From Octopus vulgaris (lineage: Eukaryota): DNA of 64,000 nucleotides. Shown piece after piece: positions 12,705 through 26,487 of this stretch. How positions within the stretch are numbered: the stretch's first letter is position 1; each line of letters opens with the position of its first letter. The position numbers and the translations under genes are program-made. Under the pieces are notes generated by a model. That model made no database searches, had not been told where the DNA came from, and saw only the letters and a list, made by a program, of their open reading frames with translations. The DNA is taken from NCBI GenBank assembly GCA_951406725.2, contig OX597831.1, positions 40,486,001 to 40,550,000 of the forward strand. Direction: 5' to 3'.

Positions 12705-13531
12705 TCTTACTTCCTTCCTTTCTTTCTTTCTTTCTTTCTTTCTTACTTCCTTCCTTCCATCCTTCCTTTCTTTCCTTCTTTCATTCTTTCTTCCACCCTT
12801 CCTTTCTTCCTTTCTTTCTTTCTTTCTTCCTTCCTTCCTTCCATCCTTCCTTTCTTTCCTTCTTTCATTCTTCCTTCCTTCCTTTCTTTTTATCTTTCTT
12901 TCTTCCACCCTTCCTTTCTTCCTTTCTTTCTTTCTTTCTTTCTTCCTTCCTTCCTTCCTTCCATCCTTCCTTTCTTTCCTTCTTTCATTCTTCCTTCCTT
13001 CCTTCCTTTCTTTTTATCTTTCTTTCTTCCACCCTTCCTGTCTTCCTTTCTTTCTTTCGTTCTTTCTTTCTTTCTTCCTTCCTTCCTTCCATCCTTCCTT
13101 TCTTTCCTTCTTTCATTCTTTCTTCCTTCCTTTATTTTTATCTTTCTTTCTTCCACCCTTCCTTTCTTCCTTTCTTTCTTTTTTTCTTTCTTTCCTTCTT
13201 TCTTTCTTTTTTCTTTATTTCTGTGTCTACCTTTCTTTCCTTATTTTCCCGCCTTCCTTTCTTCATCTATCCCTTCGTTCGTTCGTTCCTTTCTTTCTTC
13301 TTTCTTTCTTTCTTTCTTTCTTTTTTCTTTCTTTCTTTCTTTCTTTACTTCTTTCCTTCTTCCTCTTTCCCTTCGTTCATTATTCCGTTTTTTCTTTCTT
13401 TCTTCATCCTTTTTTCTTTCCTTCTTTCTTTCTTTCTTTCTTTCTTTCTCTCTTCCTTCCTTCCATCCTTCCTTTCTTTCCTTCTTTCATTCTTTCTTCC
13501 TTCCTTTCTTTTTATCTTTCTTCCACCCTTC

Positions 13532-13562
<31 letters not shown>

Positions 13563-14640
13563 TTTTTCTTCCTTCCTTCCATCCTTCCTTTCTTTCCTTC
13601 TTTCATTCTTTCTTCTTTCCTTTCTTTTTATCTTTCTTTCTTCCTTTCTTTCTTTCTTTCTTTCTTTTTTCTTTCTTTCCTTCTTTCTTTCTTTCTTTTT
13701 TCTTTATTTCTGTGTCTACCTTTCTTTCCTTATTTTCGCGCCTTCCTTTCTTCCTCCATCCCTTCGTTCGTTCGTTCGTTCCTTTCTTTCTTCTTTCTTT
13801 CTTTCTTTTTTCTTTCTTTCTTTCTTTCTTTACTTCTTTCCTTCTTCCTTTTTTCCCTTCGTTCATTGCTTCCGTTTTTTCTTTCTTTCTTCATCCTTTT
13901 TTCTTTTCTTCTTTCTTTCTTTCTTCTTTCTTTTTTCTTTGTGTCTTTCTTTCTTCCATTATTTCTTCCTTTCTTCCTTTCTTTCTTTACTGCATTTCTT
14001 TCTTGTTTCCTCCTTTTTTCTTTCTGTCTTCTTTCTCTCCCTTTCTTTTTGTCTTTTTCTCTCTCTCTACTTTTCTTTTTACTTTTTCCGCCTTCCCTCC
14101 TTCCTCTATTCCTTTCTTCCTTTCTTCCTTCCTTCCTTCCTTCCTCCCTCCCTTCTTTCCTTCTTTTCTTTCTTTCTTTCTTTCTTTCTTTCTTTGTCTC
14201 TGCCTCTTTTGTATTTCTTTCTTGTTTCCTTCTTTCCTTCTTTTCTTTCACTCCCTTTCTGTCTTTCTTTCCTTTTGTCTTTCTTTTTCTCTCTCTTCCG
14301 CCTTCCCTCCTTCCTCTATTCTTTCCTTCTTTCCTTTCTTCCTTCCTTCCTGCCTTCTCTTCCTGCCATCCCTCCTTCCTTCTTTCCTTCCTTCCTTCTT
14401 TCTTTCTTTCTCTTTCTCTCTGCCACTTCTGTATTTCTTTCCTGTTTCCTTTCTTTTTTCTTTCTCTCCTTTTCCTTTCTTTCTTTCTTTTACCGCCATC
14501 CCTCCTCACTCTATTCCTTCCTTCGTTCCTTCATTCCTGCCTACCCTCCTTCCTTCCGTCTTTCTTTCTTTCTTTCTTTCATTCCGTTTTCCTTCCTTTT
14601 CTTCTTTCTTTCTTTCTTTCTTCCTTTTCAATTTATTCTT
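12705..14640. repeat. About 1.9-kb polypyrimidine (CTTT/CCTT) low-complexity tract with higher-order duplications
   Basis: Recurrent unit ttccttccatccttcctttctttccttctttcattc and a larger repeated block (about 13210-13400 vs 13700-13900). Confidence 0.95.
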
Positions 14641-14998
14641 GTTCTTGCTGCTGATGTTTTCTTCATAGTCGTGTTAGTTATTAATTTCTTTGTTACTTTT
14701 GGTGCTTCTTCCCACTTCTCCTTTTCGTAGTTTCTTCGCAAACAAAATGAAGAAAATCTTCGTTACATTTTTGGATTTCATATTTTTCTTTCGTTTTTAA
14801 GGCTTACTTTTTATGTATTTATTCAGCTATTTAGTAATTTATTTATTTATTTATTTATTTATATATTTGTATATTTATTTTGCAGAAGATTGTTCCATCA
14901 TGAATTCAATTGTTGTCTAATATTGCTGCGAATTAAAATGTTCCACTCTCCTTCCACTTGTTTCAGATGGAAGTCAAAATAAATACAGAATTAATGAC

Positions 14999-15051
<53 letters not shown>

Positions 15052-15077
15052 CAACAACAACTATAATGATAATAATG

Positions 15078-15138
<61 letters not shown>

Positions 15139-15384
15139 CAGAATGCATATAAATAACATATAAATACATAACCAAAACATGAGGACTTACGAATATATAT
15201 AGCGTACCGAAAATAGCATGCTAGGCACCGCATACATTCTACTAAAGCACTTTCAATGCAGTAAAAATAATAACGCCAAAAACAAACCGCTGCACATACC
15301 GAAGCACCACAGAGCTGCGCTCGGTAATGCAATGAAAGAATGTAATTATTTTTTTAAAAATCGAACTACCGAACAATAATAATT

Positions 15385-15439
<55 letters not shown>

Positions 15440-15576
15440 TAATAATAATAATGATAATAATAATAATAATGATAATAGTAGTAATTATAATAATAATAAT
15501 AATAATGATAGTAATAATAATAATGATAGTAATAATAATGATAGTAATAATAATAATGATGATGATAATAATAATG

Positions 15577-15640
<64 letters not shown>

Positions 15641-15641
<1 letters not shown>

Positions 15642-16160
15642 TTCTGATCTTAACTGATTGGAAGTGTTATCATGTACATTGTTTTGTCTTGGTATAAAAG
15701 ATGGGCTACAGCAAATATTCTGCTCAATACCACAGATTTGCTTGTCAGTTGTTTGACCTTAACCAGTTGAGCATGTCCCTTAGTGGCTGACGATATGTGC
15801 ATCTCTGATCACGAGCAGAAGTAGTGGGGGAGCATCATAGCCATGTGTTGAGAGGGATTCTTTGGGGTTTGAATAATTCACCTCTGGAAACATGGGTGGT
15901 TCTTTCAACATCCTTAAACAATCCTTATTCAGGGACCTTTTGAGCGGGATGGGCTACTCAACCTGAAGAAAATTCTAACTGGGCCCCACCTGCAAGGTCA
16001 TGTGCTGTTTATCTTGATATGAGATCACCATGTCACGCACATATGGTTGTGATGCATGTGCCTGGTGTACCTTTATCAGACGGGTAGTCATGATGGGTAT
16101 ATTGGGCTTCGTATATTTTACCCCAGTGTCACTTTGATGGCATGCACTGCTCTCTCACTC
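15641..16160 (+). mobile_element. (TAA)n-embedded non-autonomous retroposon (family D)
   Basis: Copies at 17072-17597(+), 17948-18001(+) and 31934-32468(-) share the 3' end gcactgctctctcactc-(AAT)n and differ in 5' extent. Confidence 0.8.
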
Positions 16161-16215
<55 letters not shown>

Positions 16216-16216
16216 G

Positions 16217-17056
16217 GTGGATAAAGAAAAGAATGCATGGACAATTTCATAGGGATGTTGAAGATATGACAGAAAAAAGATGGCTATGGATGACTGAAAG
16301 TGATTTAAACCGGGAAACGGAGGCTCTAATCTGTGCTGCCCAAGAGCAAGCACTAAGAATCAATTACATCAAATACAGAATAGACAACACATCAGAAAGT
16401 GATAGGTGCTGAATGTGTGGACAAAATGGTGAAACCGTATGGCATATTACCAGTCAATGTATGCCACTAGCCCAGAAAGAATATAAGAGACGTCATGACA
16501 ATGTAGCAAGGATTATCCATCGCACACTATGCAACAAGTATGGACTTGACAGAGCAAAAGAAAGAACAACATAAACCCGAAGTCATCATCTAAAATGATA
16601 ATGCAAAGATCAAATGGGATGTTATGATTCGGTGGGACCATGAGATAGAGAATAGGAATTCAGACATAGTCTTAATTGTGAAAGAAAGCAAACAATCCTG
16701 GATCATAGATATAGCCCGTCCAGCTAACAACAAGATATGTGATAAGGAAGAAAGAAAAGTCGATAGGTATGACAGGTTAGCTTGGGAGGTAAAGCAGTTG
16801 TGGTCGATGAAAAAGGTAGCAGTAGTACCAATAATTGTCGGAGCCCTGGGAACAGTGAGTAAAATTTTGAGAAGTACATGGAACAAATAGGGGTTGCAAT
16901 AAGGGTGGCGCACTTGCAGAAAATAACACTGCTTAGAACCGCTCGAATACTCCGGATGGTGTTCGAAAAGTAAGGCGGGTGTTACCTTAGTTCACTGGTA
17001 GTGAACAGCAGATACCGTATACATCTCCAGCGTTAGAAGCTTGCAAAGATTATAAA
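16217..17056 (+). pseudogene. Decayed 3' fragment of an R4/Dong-like LINE
   Basis: Broken frames MHGQFHR..ETEALICAAQEQALRINY, RRHDNVA, SDIVLI..IIDIARP, PIIVGALG; flanked by (TAA)n. Confidence 0.85.
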
Positions 17057-17071
17057 ATAATAATAATGATA

Positions 17072-17597
17072 AAAGCCCTGATGCAGTACTAGGTACTGAC
17101 TCACATCACTTCTAGAAGTGTTATCATGTGCACGTTTTGTCTTGGTATAGAAGATGGGCTACAGCAAATATTCTGCTCAATACCACAGATTTTCTTGTCA
17201 GCTGTTTGACCATAACCATTTGAAAATGTCTCTTAGTGGCTGGAGATATGTGCATCTCTGATCACGACCAGAAGTAGTGGAGGAGCATCATAGCCATATG
17301 TTGAGAGGAATTCTCTGGATTTTGAACAACTCATTGCTAGAAACAGGGGTGTTTCTTTCAACCTTCTTAAACAATTCTTATTCAAGGAACGTTTGAGCAG
17401 GATGGGGTTACTCGACCTGAAGAAAATTCGAACTGGGTTCCACCTGCAAGGTCATGCACTGTTTATATTGTGATATGAGATCACCATGTCACACACATAT
17501 GGATGTGATGTATGTACCTGGTGTACCCTTATTAGACGGGTAGTCATGATGGGTATACTGGATTTCGTATATTTGTACCCCTGTATCACTTTGATGG
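17072..17597 (+). mobile_element. Family D copy
   Basis: Colinear with 15641-16160, flanked by (TAA)n. Confidence 0.8.
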
Positions 17598-17617
17598 CAT
17601 GCACTGCTCTCTTACTC

Positions 17618-17655
<38 letters not shown>

Positions 17656-17681
17656 TAATAATAATAATAATAATAATAATG

Positions 17682-17748
<67 letters not shown>

Positions 17749-17845
17749 TGATGATGATGATTGTGATATAATAATAATAATATAATGATGATGATGATGA
17801 TATAATAATAATAATAATGATGATGATGATGATGTTGATATTATG

Positions 17846-17934
<89 letters not shown>

Positions 17935-18909
17935 AAGAAGAAGAAGAATTCGTATATTTTACCACAGTGTCACTTTGATGGCATGCACTGCTCTCTCACT
18001 CAATAATAATAATAATTCCACCCAATACTGATTTTTTGTAGGTGTTATATCTTTACATTTGTACCAGTCTTTTTTTAGCACTCAGCTACCAACATGGCTC
18101 ATAAAGGTTGGTAGAAATGTAAAGATAGAACACCTACAAAAATACATCTATAATAATAAATGCCAACCCGAATTTCTGTGTCAGTGTGTCACACTTTGAC
18201 CTCTTCTCTCACTATTCAGTGACACTCCTACTATTCATCATGTAGGCATAGAGACGGTGACGGCGGTAGTAGATTGACGGTTGTGATGGTCATGGGGTGA
18301 TAGTAATAGTATGAACTGTAGTTGTGATGGAGGCGACGGTGATGATGGTGGTAACCGAGGCGGTCAGGGATGACGCTAATAGTAAGCGATGTGAAAGACA
18401 GTAGTGATGGTGGTGGAGAGGAAGGCGGCGAAGTCATTGGTATTGGTGGTGGTGGCGTCAGAAATCTGACTGATGTGCGTATGGCAGTTGTGGTGGCGAT
18501 GGTGGTGGTACTCGTGTTGGTTGAAAACAATCAACAGAATGAGAAAGAGGGTGAGAGAGAGAGAGAGAGAGAGAGATAGAAAGAGGTTAGACAAAAAATT
18601 GTACTGACCCCTAAATAGGAAGACAAATAATATCATTTATCATGCAACTTTCCAATAAGTTCCAAGTCGGCAAATTATATCATTGTTTTGATGAAAATTG
18701 TCCATTGCTTGACAAATATTGGTCAAGTTTAAAAAATTTAATATTTACTTAATGCATGAAGTGTCATTATTGGGTCAAAGGTTCAATGAAGAGCCCTCCA
18801 CAGGGTCTTCATTTTTAATTCATCTTTCAAACAAACACCATTTTATAGTATTACTTCAAATTTAAAAAAAAAAACTATCATTCGATATATTATACAAAAT
18901 TCAAATTTA

Positions 18910-19001
18910 TATCTCTGAAGAGCAGAAGAGTTGACTATAAATGCTTATCGATATAGGATTTCATTACAGGGACAACAATTCTGTGAAACTATCGTGAGAT
19001 G
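18910..19001 (+). ncRNA. Hammerhead with long stem II and mutated cleavage triplet
   Basis: AUCU-CUGAAGA-GCAGAA..GUUG..CAAC..UUCUGU-GAAAC uauc GUG AGAU. Confidence 0.55.
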
Positions 19002-19204
19002 CCGTAAATACTCAATTCAAAACTTTTAAACTGTCATATACATATTATATATTCTTACTTATACATATTTACATACATTTTTATACAAATTTATACTTAT
19101 TTATATTTATATTTTTAATACAACAATTATTTTTCATACGTGTATATCTTTCTGAGGAGTTTTTTGATATATATTGATTTCCTAATAGTAATAATATATT
19201 ATCA

Positions 19205-19230
<26 letters not shown>

Positions 19231-19236
<6 letters not shown>

Positions 19237-19312
19237 TATATAGGAGCTTCCTGAAGATTTCTCTTGAATGAAACAGTTCTAGTCCTGTAGAAGCTCCTTC
19301 TATATAATAAAT
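19231..19312 (+). ncRNA. Type I hammerhead ribozyme, well formed
   Basis: AGGAGCUUC-CUGAAGA-uUUC ucuu GAAu-GAA ACAG uucuaguc CUGU A^GAAGCUCCU. Stem I extends through AUUUAUUAUAUA/UAUAUAAUAAAU. Stem II has a U-U first pair. Confidence 0.75.
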
Positions 19313-19378
19313 TAATTTTACTCTGCTATGTATTGAGTACCTTATTTACTGTGGTTAACCCCGAATCAACCCGGGACC

Positions 19379-19513
<135 letters not shown>

Positions 19514-19591
19514 GTATGTATGTATGTATGTATATATATATAAGTATGCATCTATATATATGTATATTTTTGGGATATATATATGTATGTA

Positions 19592-19693
<102 letters not shown>

Positions 19694-19753
19694 CTCTTCT
19701 ATATAATAAATAATTTTATCTGCTATGTATTATACTTATTTACTGTATCACGA

Positions 19754-19855
<102 letters not shown>

Positions 19856-19941
19856 GTATGTATGTATGTATGTATATATATATAAGTATGCATCTATATA
19901 TATATATGTATATTTTGGATATATATATGTATGTATATATG

Positions 19942-19972
<31 letters not shown>

Positions 19973-20186
19973 ATATATGTATATGTACGTATGTACGTAT
20001 GTATATATATATATCTATATATATGTATATATATATACATGTATATATGTGTGTAACAGAGAGAGAGAGAGAGAGATAAATAGAGAGAGAAAGAAGGAGA
20101 GAGAAAAGAGAGAGGGAGGAGAGAAATAGATACAGAGTTGGTGATGCTGATCATAATATTTAATGTCTTCTCTTCTGTCATCGCAG

Positions 20187-20336
20187 GTTACATCTGATCC
20201 ACGCTTTCGTTTGGAAGAGAAGCTGCGGGACGCTGGACTTTTGACATCCGAGTACGCACGGACCGCACTGAAGAGCATGGCTCCGTCGCAGGCACCGCGT
20301 CCTGACATGCTATCAACACTGAATACACTGGATTAA
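20187..20336 (+). CDS. CCDC148: Terminal coding exon of a CCDC148-like coiled-coil protein gene (upstream exons not identified)
   Basis: Polypyrimidine tract and acceptor cttctcttctgtcatcgcag| precede a phase-0 frame [49 protein letters not shown]. This matches my recollection of the CCDC148 C-terminal motif (SDPRxRxExxLRxAGLxxxxYA...PxxxPRxDMxST). Not checked by search. Confidence 0.75.
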   Translation, partial: VTSDPRFRLEEKLRDAGLLTSEYARTALKSMAPSQAPRPDMLSTLNTLD

Positions 20337-20422
20337 ACTTTCATTTTATCATCTCCTTCACTCTTTCTATTTCTATACTCACACCCTGTTCTTTGTTTGT
20401 TTCTCTCTCTCTCTCTCTCTCT

Positions 20423-20486
<64 letters not shown>

Positions 20487-20658
20487 GATAAATCTCAGAG
20501 CGAGTTATAAACAGTAGCGGTAACACATCGTGACGTATATTTGCCATTTGAATATGGCTAACCCCTAAGGGTGGATGCTACTGTAGTTTTTAGCCCTACA
20601 AACTACAGTAGCATCCACCCTTAGGGGTTAACCATATTCAAATGGCAAATATACGTCA

Positions 20659-20701
<43 letters not shown>

Positions 20702-20769
20702 ATGTGTGCTTGTGTATGTATACATTCATCTAAACAATCCAAATATGCATACACACGTAAGTACGCACA

Positions 20770-20817
<48 letters not shown>

Positions 20818-20864
20818 CATGTATAAGCGTGTGTTTGTGGATGTATATTTATACACACGCACAC

Positions 20865-20943
<79 letters not shown>

Positions 20944-21036
20944 CCTATGTACATGCACATATATATATATATACACACATGCAATAATATTTTGCGTAAT
21001 GAGATAAAAAACCAAGGCTGTGTGTTGTGTGTGTGT

Positions 21037-21071
<35 letters not shown>

Positions 21072-21139
21072 TGTGTGTGTGTATTTCATTGAACTCAACA
21101 CGTTCTTTTCATTCTCTCCCTATTTATTTTCTCTTATTC

Positions 21140-21175
21140 CTTTCTGTTGAAGAGCGTGGTCTCGAAACGTAAAAG
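21140..21175 (+). ncRNA. Minimal hammerhead-like motif, family B (CUGUUGA core)
   Basis: CUUU-CUGUUGA-a-GAG cguggu CUC-GAAAC GUA^AAAG. Confidence 0.6.
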
Positions 21176-21379
21176 ACTTTTCCATTTTTCCTGAGCGTGA
21201 AACTAATATACCTGCTTGTTGTCCCTGCACCTATCTTCGTCTTTTGTTTTTCTATAAATTTTAACTATATATATATGTGTGTGTGTTTGTGTGTGTTTGT
21301 GTGTACACACATTCATACATACATACATACATACATACATTCATACATACATACATACATACATACATACACACATACA

Positions 21380-21415
<36 letters not shown>

Positions 21416-21892
21416 TACATACATGCTTACAAACAAAAATACCCTGTTGTTGATGTTGAAATTCCAATGAAGAAGCCTTGGATCTAGGTTAGAAACTGGT
21501 TCTTACTCTATAGGCAAGAAATCTGGAAATAAACTGAATAATGACATAGCACACACACACACACGCACAAACACACAAGCACACTCTCACACAAACACAC
21601 ACAAACATACACACACACACACACATACACACACACACACACACGCACGCACACACACACATATATATATGTATGTATATGTATAAATTGTAATGGAAAG
21701 GTTGACAGTAACGCCTGATTTTCGGTTTGCCATCATCAGTGGTGTCAGGTCAAGCTCTGGAATCACTGCCAACTTTTTTTTTTTGTAAAGAATTAATAAA
21801 TATGTGCTCTGCTTTTTAGGATAGTAACCCTTCAGTTTAAACGTTATGTGTGTGTGTGTATGTGTGTATTTGTGTGTGCGTTTGTGTGTCTA

Positions 21893-21929
<37 letters not shown>

Positions 21930-21933
<4 letters not shown>

Positions 21934-22278
21934 GGTAAAAGGGTAAAGACCCCCTTCGGTCATGAATGACCATGGGATTGCACCTAGAAAGTTCCCCTCC
22001 CAGGCACAAGTCCGGGCAAGGTAGTTTATGGAAGACCAGCAGTCGCCCATGCATACCAGCCTCCCCTCTCCACACCACTGATGTTATCCAAGGGAAAGAC
22101 AAAGGTCGATACAGCTTGGCACCAGTGATGTCGCAACTCATTTCTACAGTTGAGTGAACTGGAGCAACGTGAAATAAAGTGCCTTGCTCAAGAACACAAC
22201 ACGCAGCCCGGTCTAGGATTCGAGCTCACAACCTGACGATCGTAAGCTCGACGCTCTAACCACTGACCCATGCGCCTT
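21930..22278 (-). mobile_element. tRNA-derived SINE family S2
   Basis: Head gaaggcgcatgg.tcagtggttagagcg..ctcgaatcc and cttgagcaaggcactt core. Copies at 27290-27593, 32608-32940 and 51420-51760, all on the minus strand. Confidence 0.85.
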
Positions 22279-22284
22279 CTATAA

Positions 22285-22471
<187 letters not shown>

Positions 22472-22631
22472 TATATTTCAGTAAAAACAATTAAGATTCA
22501 AGTGAGTTCTAATGAATTCACATGAATGCGGTACTTAAATTAGATGCACCAGAAATCTATATGGTATTAACCATAAAATAATGTGGGGTGATTATAAACA
22601 AAAGAAAAAAACAACAAGAATGGATTAGTTG

Positions 22632-22720
22632 TTCAGTACAATTGTTTCATACGAAGAACAGCTTTATTAAAAGCTGCAAATATTGCAGCAAATACAAGTG
22701 TCCCGTATTCATAAGCCAAA
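22632..22720 (-). ncRNA. Degenerate hammerhead with branched stem II
   Basis: UUUGG-CUUAUGA-AUACG..[GCUGCAA/UUGCAGC][AGCUUU/AAAGCU]..CGUAU-GAA ACAAUUGU A^CUGAA. Confidence 0.55.
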
Positions 22721-24307
22721 GCACATATGAGTTTTCCAAACATCCTAGGGGGTGAGGCTACATTCATGGAGTATCGAAGAGAGTTCTATGAAAAGCAAAG
22801 TTAGATTATAAGCAGACTTCAAAAGTTCTCTAATGATGCACAGTTTTATAAAAGGTTTTTAAAAAAGTTTGTTAGCTTCACAGAAAAGGTAAATCCATCC
22901 ATAATAATGCAGGTGTAATATCCGGAGATATGAGGAGATATTTCATACTCAGAGAAGATGAATGTATCCATAATAATGTTGATGTAATTTCCTGATATAT
23001 GAGAAGATGTTGATCACACTTCTATTCGTTTCACAAAACTACTATGTTGGAAGAAGAGATTGACTATATTGGCTAAAAGAAGTCGCAAAAAGAAGTCAGT
23101 GAAGCAGAAACCGCCCAAATAAGGACATTATTGGACATTATGGGAGGAAGGGGTGTAAGTACACAACCTACAAAGTTTAGTTTATTTCTGTGGTGACAGA
23201 AAATCTAGGTCAGTGTTGCAGGAACCTGAGATTTATAAGTTATAAAAGATAACATTACTTTTGACGATCATACAGCTATTAACTGCCACTCCTACAGGTA
23301 TAAGAATATAAAGAGAACAAAAGAAAGTATCAAAGGGGTCAAAGGCTTATCAGTAGAGGAAAATACATTACGAGATTTAAGTGCAACACTAGAACAGGAG
23401 GTTATTTATTTATTTATTTATTTATTATTGTTTCTATTTATACAAATGTTTATACATTGTAAGACAGAATTTAGGTCTATACCTAGAGGTCAATTAATTT
23501 CTATAGTAAAAAGTGTGAGAGTATTGTTTATTCAAAATATAGTGAAAATCATAGTCAAAATTCTTTATATTATTATTAAGGCAGTAGCATTACTTATTAA
23601 ACTTAGAATAGAATTAGGAAGTATTAGCAATTTATTTTATTTAAGTTGGGTTAATTAAATTAGATTAAATTAAATTAACTATATAGTCAATTACATTTTT
23701 GGCAACGTACAAATACCATTTGTTTCTTTGTGTTCTAAAACAAGTACAGTTAGAAAGAAAGAACACCAGTGGAAGAGCTCACAGATATCTATTTAAAATA
23801 TATATTAGAGTTTTGATTTTTTAGTAAACACAAGATAGACCTAGCTCTATACGATTATTCTATACGATTTTTATTTTAAATATTTAAGAGTCTTAATTTT
23901 TGAGTGAATACAAGATCGATATAATTCGATACGGTTATTTAACAAATTTTTATTTTTTCTATGCCTTAAAATTTCATGTCTCCATGGAGCAGAGTTGGCA
24001 ACCTACCCTGTTATTTCTATAAGGCATCGCTCTTCTAACTATTTCCCAATTAAGGTTATATTTAATATTATTATTTTTGAGTTCCCAGATCTTACTTGAA
24101 AGTGTGGTGCAACCAGCTTTATGATGTAACTTAAATGAGGAGATATGGTTGCTAACTCTTTGTTTAAATTTTATAGTACAACCTAAATAAAAAAATTGCT
24201 ATTCTCAGTAGTTGTGGTACATTTATAGATTACGTTATTTACCCCACACAGACCAGGTGCCGGGCATTTTGATTTAATTCTACAATTACACCTAGGGGGA
24301 TCATCTT

Positions 24308-24351
<44 letters not shown>

Positions 24352-24550
24352 TACAAAATTAGAGAATGGAGAAACATACTTAAATCAGTAAAACATCAAC
24401 TATCCGATGATACTCAATCCATACTTTAATACACCATTACATATGAGTAAAGGCAATATATAAAATGAAATGAGATATACAGTAATAGTAAAAGTAAAAA
24501 GATAAAGAGATATAAGTAAAAAATTTCAAATATAATATGCAAATAAATCA

Positions 24551-24666
24551 AAACTGACAGCTGTTTCGGCAGTGAGGACAGTCATACCTCATTTAACCTA
24601 TAAGCCATAAAGGCAGGTATAAATGAGGCATTAACAAGGATGCCCCACGGCCTCTTCAGAGAATTA
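24551..24666 (-). ncRNA. Hammerhead with about 85-nt stem II
   Basis: CU-CUGAAGA-GGC c GUGGGG..AUGCCUCAUUUA..ACCU..AGGU UAAAUGAGGUAU..CCUCAC u GCC-GAA ACAGCUGU C^AG. Confidence 0.65.
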
Positions 24667-25012
24667 AATTAAATTTGTTATAATAGTGAAAAATATTATA
24701 TAATCATATACATATAAATATAAAAATATAAAAATGCAAAATATAAAAACTTATACATCATAATGCTACACTTATATAATATAATACACATTTGTACAAA
24801 AAGGAAGGTAAACAGAACAAAATAAAACAAAATATATAACAGTGTATATATTAATATTAATAAGTACCGATATTATACATATTTGGCTAATAGTTTTTTT
24901 TATAAATAAAAAAAAAAAAGGGCTAACACATATGGAGATGAAAAATAATAATTATTAAATCCGTGGTACAGTTCATAAAATTCTAAAGCTATAAAAGTTA
25001 ATAAAAATTACT

Positions 25013-25059
<47 letters not shown>

Positions 25060-25158
25060 TAATAATAATAAAAAAATACTAAAAATAGATACCTATCTAG
25101 CAGTATATTGGATATATATTATCCCATGGTGGGTTGAATTTTCAACCCCTATCTCATT

Positions 25159-25255
<97 letters not shown>

Positions 25256-26487
25256 TGTATGTATATGTATCTACCTATATGTATGTATGTATGTATGTAT
25301 GTATATTATGTATGTATGTATGCATGTGATGAATGTATATGTATGTATGTATATATGTACAAAGCAATTAACAATGAGATATAATATCCTGGGACAACAG
25401 TAAATCACGTTTATAAAGAACTGCAGGAAAATATTAAAAAAAACTAAAGCAAAACATGAATATGTAAATATAATATTTTCTCGATGCGACTGTTACTGAT
25501 TAAAATATTTGCTGCATATATTTTTTTATCACTCTAAAATAGGACTTTGTTCATATGAATCGGCACGTTTATAGGAATGCATTGATTTAAGTTGGTCTAA
25601 ATACGTTTTGTCATTGTGTCTAATTTACTCTTTTTTTTTCAATACATTCCAGAAGGAAAATTTCTTGCTATCGTAACAATATTTTAGTTGGGAGTTATTT
25701 TTTTCATACCCATCAGATCAATTAAATTTGTTTCACAGCTAATTTTTACGATACATATTAATATTACAGATCATTTTTGATCATATGATCTTTGGGTGTT
25801 CTTTAAACTTTCCGTTTGGTTCATCTTTTGTGTTGTATGTATTTCGAAATATGCTCAGTTTTACTTCCAACATACAAAAATGAAAGCGAATTTAATTTTG
25901 CCAGCGCACTTCTGCCAGAAATGCACATGCGTCGGAACAAACAGCTCTATTTGTATAACTAAAACCCTATTTTAGTGTGCTAAATAAAACTGACTTCTGC
26001 ATTATTTGTTCATATATGTATATACCCTGAAAGATACTATATTTGGATTAAATTTTAAAAGAATAGATGGGACGTTCTATATATTTTACCAATTACATTC
26101 GTTTTGTTTTAACTCATCTGTTTTGTTGAATTCCTTCCAATTAAATTTCTCAGATGTATATGCTAAAAGGTATTCATTACGGTATATATCATAAGATGGA
26201 GGTAAACCTCGATAACATCATAACACAAACAGCAACGACAACACCACCACCAACAACAACAGCAACAATGGAAACAGCAATGATTACTGGGGAATATTTA
26301 TTTTGTTGCTCGACCTGTTAGTATTAGCAGCGAAATCTCGTCACATTTGAAAGAGAGAAAACATTCGATAATTTTATTGTATATACCCGTACAAGATGGC
26401 TGCCAAGCTGGAAATATTTCATCAGAGCTCAGATGAATCACCTTTAGCCTAGGGCTAAGCAAGAACAGCAACAACAAAGCTCTGTTG

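Noticed and set aside
12663-14730. 663-aa and 681-aa F/L/S/P-rich ORFs
   Set aside because: Translations of a CT low-complexity tract that cannot contain stop codons.
22205-22278. tRNA-like sequences at SINE heads
   Set aside because: No complete cloverleaf, and they continue into SINE bodies, so they are not tRNA genes.
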